Source: Eledone cirrhosa | Taxonomy: Eukaryota | Reading direction: 5' to 3' | DNA: 64,000 bases | Assembly (NCBI GenBank): GCA_964016885.1 | Contig: OZ024742.1 | Coordinates: forward strand, 329,654,001-329,718,000 | Part shown: positions 1 to 12,569 of the stretch, one piece after another | Numbering within the stretch: the first letter of the stretch is position 1 | How the letters are laid out: the number at the start of each line of letters is the position of its first letter | The notes under the pieces: model-generated | Database searches by the model: none | What the model was told of the DNA's origin: nothing | Seen by the model: the letters and a program-made list of their open reading frames with translations, nothing else | Translations under genes and position numbers: made by a program

Positions 1-148
1 CACCAAGTACCACCCATTAGCAGCAACACATAGCTAACTATTAATCAACACCAGAGAACGGCTTGTAACTTTACCGACGCAACCACCATACCTTCTGTCT
101 CGTTACCACAAGGACTCGAGAAATTAAGACAGTAGTTTTCTCACCATT

Positions 149-1010
149 ATGGCGTCAGACGTGGCTGCCATGTTGGTGACTCTAGGTTCTTCAACGTTCG
201 ACATCTACTCTACAGAAGATTCATTGTAACTTTGCTTTAACAACAACAACTCTAGTAGCTCTCTAGTAAGAGCGTTCCCAAAGAAAACTGAAGCGAACTT
301 GTTGTTATAAGAAAAGAAACAGTTCTTTCTTCCTTCCTTTTTTTTTCAGGCATTTATTTTGGACATTTTTTTTTAAACTGTACTATATGAAAATTCATTT
401 CTCTCTATCATTGTATATGTGACCGCACGCTCACATTTTCTTTGCTGTATTACATGCCTGCATATATACACACACCAACATGTTGTTGTCTATGTTATGT
501 GATCTTCAAGCGTCGTCATATTCTGCGAGATCCCTTTTCACCTTCTGGAAGTACCAACACATGCTATCGACACTTGCAGCTTAATTCACCTGCAACACAA
601 CACGAGAATGCTAATTGCAGCTGAACTCAAACAGTTTCGCATTTCGTTGCACATTCATTGTCCATAACAACCTCTATCTTGTTATCTTACCCAACTCACC
701 GGGAAAACAACAAATAGAACTGGACTTATCAGCATTTCCACCACTTCTGTGGATTCGCCCGAATTGTGGGACTGCAACCAACCTACAGATTCAGCCTGCT
801 TTTTTTTACTTATCAAAGCAACCAGCCATTTTTTCCTTGCTCCCTAGCACATTCGGCAATACATCTGGGAGGCCCACATTTTCTCGCCTACCCATCATCT
901 TCTTGCCAGCACTGGTAAACTACCATAATAGCTTCGTCCACAGCTACTGGTACAACACTTACCATTAACATTTAATGCAAGAACAGTAACTTCGCCCATG
1001 TCAGACTTTA
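149..1010 (+). mobile_element. Possible heavily decayed Gypsy-like internal region (PBS-like TGGCGTCAGA / TGGTGAC; gag relic)
   Basis: TGG-starting PBS-like motifs lie near 149 and 174. Fragmentary translations HQHVV..EIPFHLLEVP and YWY...NARTVTSPC loosely resemble Gypsy gag. The region lies upstream of a PPT+LTR. Confidence 0.3.
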
Positions 1011-1215
1011 TCCGTTTTCTGTTAGACCTTTGGTGGTCACGTATAAACTACAAAACGGCTAGTCATTTAACAGCGGCTCAACACGGCCCGTAGCGCCTCA
1101 TTTTTTTTCTTGCATGCATCCTTCTGCTCAATTATCTTTTCACTGATATGCGCTTTCAGCATTTGTTCTCGCTGATTCAATAATCTGTATCGACTTCCGT
1201 CAAGAAGGGGGGTAT

Positions 1216-1644
1216 TGTAGTGACCTACAATCCGCGAGCTCACATACATTCTCTGTGCGTGATTTGGCTCAGCTCAGCCAATCAGCGCTAGGAGAAGAGG
1301 ATGTATCCCTGCGCGTCCTGAGGGAGAAATAGCCCGCGAAGATTTGAGGAATCTCACTCTGGCAGCTTGACCATGCTAAGGTAAACACCACTTGTTCTTT
1401 TGCTCCGTAAGCACAAACAATATGTAACGACACAACAATTTTACTACGGTCCTGGCCAAACGCCTCAGCCAGTCGACCGTATTTTCTCTTGTAATCTTAA
1501 TTGAATTATATCATTATTCTTGGCATGCCAGCTTAATTCACTTCTTAACCTTTGTTAATAAATTATGTAAAAACAAGCTAAAGTCGTTGTCGATATTCCT
1601 ATCATATCTTTCTACCAAAGATGGTTCCTCGTGGCAACATTACA
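1216..1644 (+). mobile_element. LTR (TG...CA) preceded by polypurine tract
   Basis: AAGAAGGGGGG at 1202-1212 is followed by TGTAG at 1216. The element ends TTACA at 1644, with AATAAA near 1557. Confidence 0.5.
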
Positions 1645-2629
1645 ACTTCTAAATATAACTCTCTGCTAAAGGTCTACCAAATCGTTGGCGGTATTATACT
1701 TTGACAAGGTACTATTCTGCAATGCCGTAGAGAAAATAAGATATTTCAATATTCATTAAGACATTGTATTGACACTATAGTGTATTATGACTATAAAAAA
1801 AAAAAATCTTATGTTCAGTACCTCCATCAAATATTAATGTATAATAAACTATATATATCATTTCATCTCAACACGGCAAAAAAATAATTCTTCAGCCAGC
1901 TATAACTATAAGCGATTTGATGAAAATATTGAAGTATTGAGCTATGTTTACGCTGAAAATGCTGCTACGCATATTCACATCATAAACAATAATAGTAACA
2001 TCATATATTATCAAGGTAGTATCGAATGTTTAAAGACATTTTTGTAGTGAACTAGGATATAATTAAGTTGTATCGAAAATAACTATACAAACCAAAAGAC
2101 GAAAACATCTTAAAATAGTCATACAAAACATACTCGCATCTATATATCCAGAGATAAGGTAAATCTACATTTCTATTTCGATTCGTTTAAAAATTAGTGG
2201 TGAATGTAATTTGACCAGAATTCATCTTTATACATTGGTTGAGAGCTGAGACCGATTAAGTATAATCCACTTCTAATATATTTGTCGCTCAAAATGCATA
2301 TTTTTCCTATGGAATAAAACGTAAAATATAATGTAGGTATACGGATAAAAAACTATTAGGCAGTTCGTTCCAATTGTAAACGTAATAAATACTACTATGA
2401 TTGGACAGTAGTTTGCTGACATTTCGTTGCAACCAGATAGAAGTGAAACGATCACTTCACTGACCAATGACGAACAAAATCAGAAGTTCATAATCGCTAA
2501 TCGAAAAAAGAATTGGTCCTGTAGAATCTCTGACGACACAGTTTCGTGAATGAAGTACTACATATTTTTCGACTTACAGAAACACACACATACACACACA
2601 CAGACACACACACATGCTCACACACGCAA

Positions 2630-2677
<48 letters not shown>

Positions 2678-2784
2678 ATAACAATAAATTTGAATTCTAA
2701 AATCCAATGAGGGCTCGATAAGGATAAATATATATCAAATATATAAATACCGTAGAGCAAATATTTATTAAAATAACAGATTCA

Positions 2785-2835
2785 AGTTTAAGCAAATAAT
2801 CGCTGCTTTCAACCTTAACGGGATCTTCTGAAACT
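2785..2835 (-). ncRNA. Hammerhead-like motif, family A pLTR (core CAGAAGA, U4>A variant)
   Basis: Minus strand: AGTTT CAGAAGA tcccgttaaggtt GAAA GCA..TGC TT AAACT. Stems I and III pair. Confidence 0.55.
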
Positions 2836-4801
2836 AACAAAGTCGATCTGTGAACGCAGAAGTGAATATTACAAAAAACGTTGCAACCGGAGGAAGACAG
2901 GAAGACGGTGCTTTTGTTCGTGGAAACGTTCCCTGGCAAAGAAAGGCAAAAAACGAATATAATACGTCATTAGTCGTAGACTAATATTCTATTAGGTGAT
3001 TCATAATGACATTCTCTGGCAATGAACGGAAAAAACGAAGATAATACGACATATGTGGAGCGGGGTTATTGCACGCAAAGACCAAACCACGTAAAAGGTA
3101 TAACTGAAGTCGTAGACTAAAATTCTAACTAGGAAACCGAATGATTTTCGGCTTCAGAGTTAAGAATAAAGTAAATAAAATAGAGAGGTAAATGAAATTA
3201 AATAAATACATACACGCATCCATATACATATAATCACAAGCATACGCGAAAACACTCGCCATAGGTATACAAATACACGCACAAAAAAAAAAAATAATAA
3301 TAAAAAAACCGCACGCACTTACAGAACCCACGCACCGCCTGTAACCCGCACGCATACGACTGTTACACCAAATACACATAAACATATATATGATCGGAGA
3401 CGACAAAACACGAAGTACACATATACACACACCATACATACGTACGAACCCGCATACTCACACAGACGCAAAACTCACGTATACACATAATCAAAAGCAT
3501 ATGTACCAGTAAAAATAATATATACGCCATAACATATACAATCAAATATACGTACGAGAAAGTATATGTACCTTCACAAAACATACAGGTAATATATACT
3601 TACCTATACAAATATGTAATGGTATAAACATAACATATACTTAGCTACCACATCAAGACGTAGTATATCCGCGTATAGTTCGTACTATCCGTTAGGGTAT
3701 AATGTGGGACTGTAATACAGGAACGTGTTGTGCAATTTATGTCTACAAGCCGAATTTGCCTCAGATTCTTTGTTTAAGATGTGGTCTTTGGCGTAGAGTA
3801 TTTCCATGGCCTCATCAGCGCAGAGGTCACATGTTATTTTATTTCTATTATACAATCTAGCCATAGCTAGGATCTCCCAGTGTAATTTATATTGGGTGAG
3901 GTTGTCTTTTAGACTCAAGTTATAAGCTGAATGTGGCGTCATATTCCTTCTTAAAGGGTAACGAAAATAATGGGTATGCATGTAAAGACGTGGCTTGAAT
4001 CTATTTGCGGTTAACCCTATGATGGCCCGACGGGACGTAGGTGTTTCAACCTTACATTTGTAGACAATGTTACTAGAGAGGCTTTTCCCTGATAGGAGCA
4101 GTCAACCCGATTCCTACAATTACAGTTAGTACTAATTACAGGGTTGCACGTCGTCCTACGGCTAGGTAGTTTAGCTATATTTGAAGCTGTGATATTATGA
4201 GCAAGGTTAGGAGTCGTAGAGTAAGAAATTTTAATAGTATTTCTATTAAATACTTTACTATATTTATGTGTAGGGGGAAAATGATCGATAATAAGGGAGA
4301 GAAAGATCTTAGCTAATGGTGTGGCCACCTCCATATTACATGGTTTGTTATACCATATAATGCGTCGGGATCTATTTCTTCTAGGTCTATTCTCGTACTC
4401 TGTATATGCTACCTTATCGACAAATCCACAGCAAGAGCTTCATTGTAATATGTGGAATGGCCGTTGCAAATATGCTCGTTAATAGATAGACGGGGAAGCC
4501 TCAAAGAAACGTTTCTTACCAGGTTCTTGGTTATGCTGGCAGGATGGTTGGAATGCTTACTTATGCAATTAAGCGTATAATTCAACTTTTATACGGGTAA
4601 TGCAAGCCATTCGATAAATTGAGTGTAACGTCGAGGTAATTAACGACCGAGAGGTTGGCCTCAATCTGTATGGGGAGGTTGAAGCCTTTAAAGAAGGTTG
4701 TGAGTTCTTAACTGAACCTGTCGCAAGTACGAGGGCCGCACATAGTCATGGCCAAAGACCATCATCACGGTACAAACCACCGCCCACGTTTGGGAATTGT
4801 T

Positions 4802-4852
4802 AGTTTCAGAAGATCCTGTTAAGGGTGAAAGCAGCTATTCTTTGCTTAAACT
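4802..4852 (+). ncRNA. Hammerhead-like motif, family A pLTR (core CAGAAGA)
   Basis: AGTTT CAGAAGA tcct-gttaa-gggt GAAA GCA gctattctt TGC TT AAACT. Confidence 0.55.
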
Positions 4853-5429
4853 TTAATCGGTTATTTAAATATATATATATATATATATATAATGTTGGTA
4901 TTATTATGATGTTTATCTATAAAAGTTGAGTAAAACAGACAGAAGCACTCCACGTGAGTCGAATATATTCTGCACTGTGATGACGAATGTACGCATCAAG
5001 ATGTTCATGTACGAAATTACGTTTATAAATAAGACAGTTGTTATATTTCCATAATTATATTTATTACATCATCCGTATTTCAATAACATGGTGCGTGACT
5101 ATTATGTAATGTATACACCCGCAATAGGTAGCGGTGTGACATCAACAGATATTAACACAGCTGTGCAATGCGTTTATGTATGTATGTTGATATGCCGCAG
5201 GCATCATAGGTCCATCCTGGAGTAAATCCATCGATCATATGACCCGACGTTGAATAAGTTCACTTAGTATTTATTAGGTATCGTGTCTGATCCCATGGCG
5301 TGATATCATGTGTGTCATTTACCATAGATATTGTATTAGTTTAGACGGAAACTGGATGAAAACCCATTGGATGGATTGGAGCTGCTATTCTTGTAACACA
5401 GTTTGACGATGAACATTCCTGAGAATAAT

Positions 5430-5608
5430 TGTTTCTACTTTACGCACAAGGCCAGCAATTACGCAGTGCATTACTGGTACTTTATTTTATCGACCCCGTA
5501 AGGGTGAAAGGCAAAGTCAACCTCGGCGGGATTTGAACTCAGATCGTAAAGTGACGTAACTGTGCTGGAAAGCATGGCGTCCGACCCTCTACCGATACTG
5601 CCAATCCA
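5430..5608 (-). mobile_element. tRNA-derived SINE (Meta/MESC-like central domain), 12-bp TSD CCTGAGAATAAT
   Basis: A-box TGGCAGTATCGG, B-box GAGTTCAAATCC, central GACTTTGCCTTTCA(T/C)CCTTACGGGGTCGATAAAATAAAGTACC. TSD at 5418-5429 and 5609-5620. Confidence 0.85.
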
Positions 5609-5722
5609 CCTGAGAATAATGATAAGGTACACATGTCTGTTTAATGACTTCCACTCATCCCAATCACCAAATTCGTCTACCACCAGAAAATGTATAAATA
5701 TCAACATATCACATTGACAGTC

Positions 5723-5774
5723 GGCTTTCCTGGTGATTTCGTTCGAAAGAAACAGTTCTAGTCCTGTAAAAGCC
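5723..5774 (+). ncRNA. Decayed hammerhead motif (family E)
   Basis: GGCTTTC CTGGTGA tttcg-tt-cgaaa GAAA CAG..CTG TA AAAGCC. Homologous to 19596-19648. Confidence 0.6.
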
Positions 5775-5885
5775 ATTTCTATATTAACAATGTATAATCT
5801 ACTATGTATTGAGTACCTTACTTACTGTGTTTACCCCCGATTGAACGCAAGATACACACACACACACTCTCTCTCACACACACAA

Positions 5886-5972
<87 letters not shown>

Positions 5973-6687
5973 ACATAATCCGATTATTACATTTATGTGT
6001 TCATGATAAAAGTTCAGAGGGTAAAACTTGTGAACCACTTGTATCTAATAAAAACGTAATAATAATTTAGGAATCTCATTTTAGCAAAGCTGTTTCAGAA
6101 TTTTGAGAGATTCATTAATCTTTAACATGTTTTCTTCAATGTTTTTTAGCCGGAGGAAAATATGGGGTTTTTGCCATAAAGAGATTCTGATCCCAGAGAT
6201 CGCTCATAAAAACGTTCATTATTTAACATGATGCAAGATTTAAGACAAGAAAACAGTAGTCAGTTTGAACATTGCCATTCCCACTAATAGAATTGTTTTG
6301 AGATTTATTCGCCGCAAAAGAATTCATTTTGTGGATTGTGTTCTTAGAAATGAAAAAAAAAAGTCGAAAATATCATTATCCGCGAAATATTAGTTTAGAC
6401 ATGTAATTTAAAATAATCAACAAAAATGGAGAACTCTTTCAAATGTTTAAGGAGTAGAAGCTATATGCTGTGAATATAAAAGGAATTGTAGTCACCCTTT
6501 AGTACATAACACCATAGACCTTCGATTAAAATCAAAATAAAAAATAATTTTCAGAAGCTTCATTGGTAGATGCCCCATTTTTGGCCTCTAATTAAGATTT
6601 ACCACCCTCTTTAAAATACATAGTCCATAAGACGATTGACACACACAAACACAAACGCACTATATACGTATAAGTGGGGATATACTA

Positions 6688-6866
6688 ATAATTGTTTCTT
6701 CTTTTGGCACAAGGCCAGTAATTATTCCAGTTCATTACTGGTACTTTATTTTATCGACCCCGTTAGGATGATAGGCAAACTTAACCTCGGCAGGATTTGA
6801 ACTCAGACCATAAATGATCGTAACCCTTTGCTGCAAAGCATGGCGTCCGACCTTCTACCGATACTG
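6688..6866 (-). mobile_element. tRNA-derived SINE, same family as 5430-5608
   Basis: Same B-box, central domain and 3' tail. Confidence 0.8.
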
Positions 6867-6942
6867 AGTGGTTATTGCCAATTTAACGTTTAACAGAGTA
6901 CAAGATTGAAAAAGTTATGGATTTATCAAACGATTATATATA

Positions 6943-7332
6943 CAGGAGAACCTCGGAGTACGAGTGCCCCATTGTACCAGTAGTTTGCTGTACGAGCCGA
7001 GCCTCGTGTGAATTGTTGTCTTCTAATACGAGTGGACATCCGCAGCGTGAGCAAGTTTCATACAGTTAATAAATCCAGTTTACATATTTCTTTTGCATTG
7101 TCTTTTATTATGTTTTTAAAATTGTCATATTTCTTGTAACGGCACCTTTTCGGTTTTAAAAACCACAAAAATGATTTTTCGGAGTTTTCCTTTGTGTGTG
7201 TGTGTGTTTGTCTACAACGCATTATCTATAATTTAATTAAATTCAATGGGGATAATTGAGTTTTATAATTAGTAAATCGTAAGACGAGCAGGGACATTGA
7301 ACGAATTAAACGCGTATTGCGAGGAATCACTG
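6943..7332. mobile_element. Tc1/mariner (pogo/Tigger-like) MITE
   Basis: Imperfect TIRs CAGGAGAACCTCGGAGTACGAG / CGCGTATTGCGAGGAATCACTG, flanked by TA on both sides. No ORF. Confidence 0.6.
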
Positions 7333-7617
7333 TATATATGTATATATATTTACACACCGTTGAGTGGATGTTGGGCTACAATAACTAAATAAATAGTCCT
7401 CAATATATAAACATAGAGGTCAGTATACTATATCATATAACAACATACAAGAAGCTGGCATATTCCTTCCTGGGTACGCCTAGTTTCCAGAACCGATGTG
7501 ATGTTATTGATACTTCATTCTTCGAATGAACCATCCATAACTTCATCCTTCTCATGGAGTCCCCGAATACCTAGAAACATACCAGCTACATTTTTATAGC
7601 ATATATATATATGTATG

Positions 7618-7676
<59 letters not shown>

Positions 7677-8777
7677 ATATAATTATCCTTTCACATAGAG
7701 TTAGATAATCTAACTAGCACGAGACATTAGAGGCAGAGTACTTAGTCGTTAAATATCTCACACAAGAACATTAATACTACGTTCCCATAATTTAGACATT
7801 CTATTCATACTTTTATTAATAGACTAAATTTTAAGCAATAGATAAATGTCCTGCTACATTATTAATGTTCATCTCAACTTTATTAGCAACGTGATGAATA
7901 ATTTGGACGATTAATCGTAATAATACTGAGGATATTATCCTCCTATTCCCAATATTATTTATGTTTATGCATTAACGTACTTGTGTAGTTAGCCAATAAA
8001 TTAACTCTTTTAAAATGTTACCGGTTTCAGTACATGTGCAGTGGTGATGCCGTCTTTATATTTAATGATATTCTTCAAATTCCATATCCTACACAGAGGC
8101 AGTTGCATTTCCACCGCAATGGGAATTTGATATAAATGCTTTACTTTTCCTATCTACCTACATTGCACATCATCCTGGGCATATAGTAAGAACCAAAAAA
8201 ACCCTATATGCTATATAATATTTCTAACAATCCACCATGCAAAGAGAAACTTGAAGTAGTCAATAAATAACGTACAATACTCAAGTATAATGTATAACAC
8301 ATGAAATGAATCTGTGTTAAGCCTGAAATAACCGGTCAAATTATTTGAATATCCTATCTAAACCCTCATGGAAATGTGTGCTGCAAAATAACATGTATGC
8401 AACTATTCATATATTCAATATATACATACACATATCGTGTAGAACTATATGAAGCTTATGTATGCTAATTCTTATTTGGAATAGCGAAATAATCCTTATT
8501 CATAAAAAATGCCAAAATCAGATAAATTAAACCCAAAATATATGGAAATCTAGTAGGATACGTTTCGAAATTTCATATTCAAGCAAATACAATGCCATAC
8601 ATAAACGCACAGAAATATATCTCGACGTGTGTCTACAGTTATTAACTTTAATATGGTCGTTTCCTGGTGAATGTGGTGTCTAAGTAAAATGTGTACGAAA
8701 GATCATTAAGGTTGGCTACATTAAGGTTATATACATGGGTGTGCATAAGCATATATACATAGGCATATGTATGCTTG

Positions 8778-8867
<90 letters not shown>

Positions 8868-9321
8868 TGCATATATATATCTATATATATATATATATCA
8901 ATAAATATATGTATGTATATGTATGTATGCAAGGATGTTTGGATGTATGTATATGAAGGTACATAAGGATGACATTCCACAAACTGACCCAATCAAAACA
9001 ATAGAGGGCACATATTTTCTCTTTCACATTTGTTGCAGACCGTTCAAATCTAATGCTGGACTTATGTAAAAGGTAAACAGAAATAACAACACAATCGGTA
9101 CAGTATATGGAAGGGATATATTAGGTTAACGTTTGATATAGCAGGAAGAGGGACTTAACGTTTGGAAGCTGCTAAGAAAACACTCGCACCTGTTGGTATT
9201 GAATTCAACATATACACTTCCAGTTGGATAGTTTAATAACAGTTTGGTTGTTTTTTGTTGGTTGTGAAAGCTCCTCAATGATTATTTAGTTATTTTGTAC
9301 CTGCTTTGTTCACCTTTACAT

Positions 9322-9472
9322 AATTTATTCTTGTGAGCTATGTATTGTGTACTTTCGATGAGCATGCATTTATCCGTTTTATTGTGTGTATATACATAAA
9401 ATAAATAATATACACACACAATAAAACGGATAAATGCATGCTCATCGAAAGTACACAGTACATAGCTCACTA
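9322..9472. repeat. ~65-bp near-perfect inverted repeat; second arm pair 9481-9510 / 9645-9675
   Basis: gtgagctatgtattgtgtactttcgatgagcatgc... is the reverse complement of ...gcatgctcatcgaaagtacacagtacatagctcac. Confidence 0.85.
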
Positions 9473-10386
9473 GAATACATTAAGCAAGAACCAAAGAAAT
9501 AAAAATAAGACACATACAGATAGGATAGAACAAGCAAAAAACTAGTGACAAGTAAATCAACGTATACATAAATAAATAATTGTTTCTACTTTTGGTACAA
9601 AGCTAGCAAATACCCAGTGTATTACTGGTTATTTATTTTATCGATCTTATTTTTATTTCTTTGGTTCTTGTTTAATTTATGGGTGTCTTTATATTGTCAT
9701 TAGTTAATAGATATGATGTTGTTGCTATTTCACCATGTTTTCTGTTTATATTTGGTTGGAGTTCATTTATGTTTGTCACTTCTGTAATCTGTCGGAGCAT
9801 TACATCTATCTTAGTGTAGATATGTATTTCATCAAGATGATAGTGTGCCCCAATATTCTATTTCGGCATTTTGGTGAACTTTTCTCGTTGTCTATGTGTA
9901 AAATGTTGCGAATTAGCTCTTCAAACTCCAACAATTTGTACTGGAATATCTTTCTTTGAGTATGTTTCATATATATAGTTGGCATTGGTAAAATGTATAG
10001 AGCGGTGAGCAAAAGAATTTGATGCATTTGATACGGTTCTTTGCGGTCTGAGTTCAATATTCGGCAAAATTCACTTTACCTGTCCTCTTTTCTCGGTCAA
10101 TAAAATAAAGAACCTGTCCATATAATAAACGTTATCATAATTCAAAATCACTTCCCTTGTACCAACATTTAGACGCGATTATTGATGTAAACTACTAGAG
10201 ACTTAAATAAATGTTTAGTATAATGCAACGGTGGAGGAATGTTTAATAAACTTAGTGTAAATTCCAAGTGTATTGGTTTCCTCCAAAAGAGAAACGTGTA
10301 ATTTTTTAGAAAGAAACAGAATGCTAGAGCATATTTAGCATTACATACATACATGCATGTCTGTATGTACATACACCAACACACAC

Positions 10387-10483
<97 letters not shown>

Positions 10484-10501
10484 TTGGTACTCTGAAACAG
10501 C

Positions 10502-10781
10502 GATATATATATATGAGTGTATATATAGTGTATTTTGTAATACACTCTATGCCTAACTAAAAGCATTTCGAAGACCTTACGCTATTTTTTAGAGTAGTGA
10601 CAGTCTCACTACTCTAAAAAATGCTACTTATCAAAGCAAAGTACTCCACCTGTTTGCTGAAAATTTAAAGTAAGTGGACTGTCTCTACTCTAAAAAGATA
10701 CCGTAAGGTTTTCGAAATGCTTTTAGTTAAGCATACAGTGTTTTGCAAAATACACTATATATACATTCATATATATATCGT
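10502..10781. repeat. Fold-back repeat next to (TA)n containing a decayed HHR 3' half
   Basis: Arms 10502-10610 and 10680-10781 are reverse complements. Contains GAAA TGCTT..AAGCA TA. Confidence 0.7.
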
Positions 10782-10852
10782 ATTTATTGACTAAAGAAAT
10801 TTTAGCTTGATAGTGTTTAGAACCCTAAGAGAAATTGAAAAAGATGAGTATT

Positions 10853-10925
10853 GACGTACATGGGAGTCAAACCCACATCTTTGGTTATCCAGACCACTGT
10901 GCTACCATTACACCAACACATCACC
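10853..10925 (-). mobile_element. tRNA-like SINE head inside a unit bounded by ~33-bp direct repeats (10779-10812, 11035-11067)
   Basis: Minus strand has TGGTGTAATGG (A-box) and GGTTTGACTCC (B-box) at tRNA spacing. Confidence 0.55.
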
Positions 10926-11061
10926 CATATCCTTCCATTCAAATTAGAAGCTACATTCTTAGCAAGTATGATGACAAGTAAGTACGTTTTGAAACAGCGA
11001 GCGAGTTTGAAATTAGAAAATAGAGGCTTTCACCGTATTTATTGACTAAAGGAATTTTAGC

Positions 11062-11139
<78 letters not shown>

Positions 11140-11738
11140 GAGAGAGAGATAGGCAGAGGGAGTGGCTGAGTAGTCCTCCCCTCCTCGAAAATGTACAACG
11201 CATTTACTGAGCAATATCAACGTTTTATGTGAGATCTCCATAAATACTTAATCCATAGTGAAGCAACAGAACCAATCACAACGTTACAACGCCATGAATA
11301 ATATATATATTAAACACAACAAAACAAATATACAACAGATATTTTTCCAAACTGACTTGCTGTAAGTTAAAAAAAAGAGTAAAAAAATGCTTGTTGAAGA
11401 TATGCTAGCGGTATATCAATTGTGTATCTAAAATCAACTAGCAGGCTTGTTTTAGAAAATTACATAAGGATATACGTAGTAAAGAGGAAACCTTCAAAGA
11501 GTATGATTTTACATTATCCTTTATCGGTAAAAAGCCGCCCAAGGCTCTCCATTTTTATGACAATAAACAGAACACAATTGCTACTATGGATTTATATATA
11601 TTTGTATTTATGCATATATATATGTGTATATTTATAACAAGTATATATATATATATATTTATGCACAAACATCTCCCACTATGTTGTTATTTCTGTTTAC
11701 CTTTTTTATATATATATGTATATATATATATGTATGTA

Positions 11739-11783
<45 letters not shown>

Positions 11784-11952
11784 GCTAGTATATATATATA
11801 TATATATATTATTGACTGTTTGTAATTTTTAAATATTTACGTGAGAATATGGTTGTGATATACCTTTATAACTTCTATGCATGAACATTTTATTATCCCC
11901 TACAGAATTTATATACATAACAGATTCGTACGTGTAACATGCATTATGTTAC

Positions 11953-12337
11953 TTTAGATTTCAAGGCCAGGCCGCTACTACAGGCCGCTACTACAATCTA
12001 CCGGTGGTACGGAATGCATATGCGACGCTTAAGCTTAATTCATCAAACGCAGATTTAATATCTGTGTGAGATCTCTTTATAAAGGTGCCCGTCGGATCTG
12101 GTCATAACCCGGAAAGAAATGTGTTCATCCACCTTCTAAGAGAGGCAACTCATGTAAGCACTGTTGTTTGTTGTGATGTTAATTGTTTCTCCCTCCGTTT
12201 TGTTGTCTATAATTTTCGTCAATTGACGACATGTTTGACAGCCAGTGACGTGTGTTAACTTGTTGGAATAATAGCAGATACACTATTTCGTACCACCGCG
12301 TGCAGTGTGGAGTCTCCCCCACGCCTTGAAACCTAAA
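11953..12337. mobile_element. Candidate MITE with 15-bp TIR
   Basis: TTTAGATTTCAAGGC / GCCTTGAAACCTAAA (14/15 match) bracket a GC-richer island. No clear TSD. Confidence 0.45.
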
Positions 12338-12463
12338 TCAGGGCAGTAGATGTTATGTTTATGAATCATAATAAATTAGCTCTTTAAAACTAGATAGAAT
12401 TGTTTTTCTTGTTCCTCACCATGCACACACTCACACTCACATACACACACACACACACACACG

Positions 12464-12569
<106 letters not shown>

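Larger units (their letters stand above)
2675..4868 (-). mobile_element. 5'-truncated Penelope-like element, family A (Hydra-like), with short inverted pLTR at 4797-4868, flanked by (TA)n
   Basis: Minus-strand RT relic ~4340-4800. Linker ORF 4017-4334 (HFPPTHKYSKVFNRNTIKISYSTTPN, CNCRNRVDC). EN C-terminus 3685-3981 (CDLCADE...ILNK...CRH). 3' UTR is shared with 29226-29680, 48880-49320 and 51760-52110. Confidence 0.9.
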
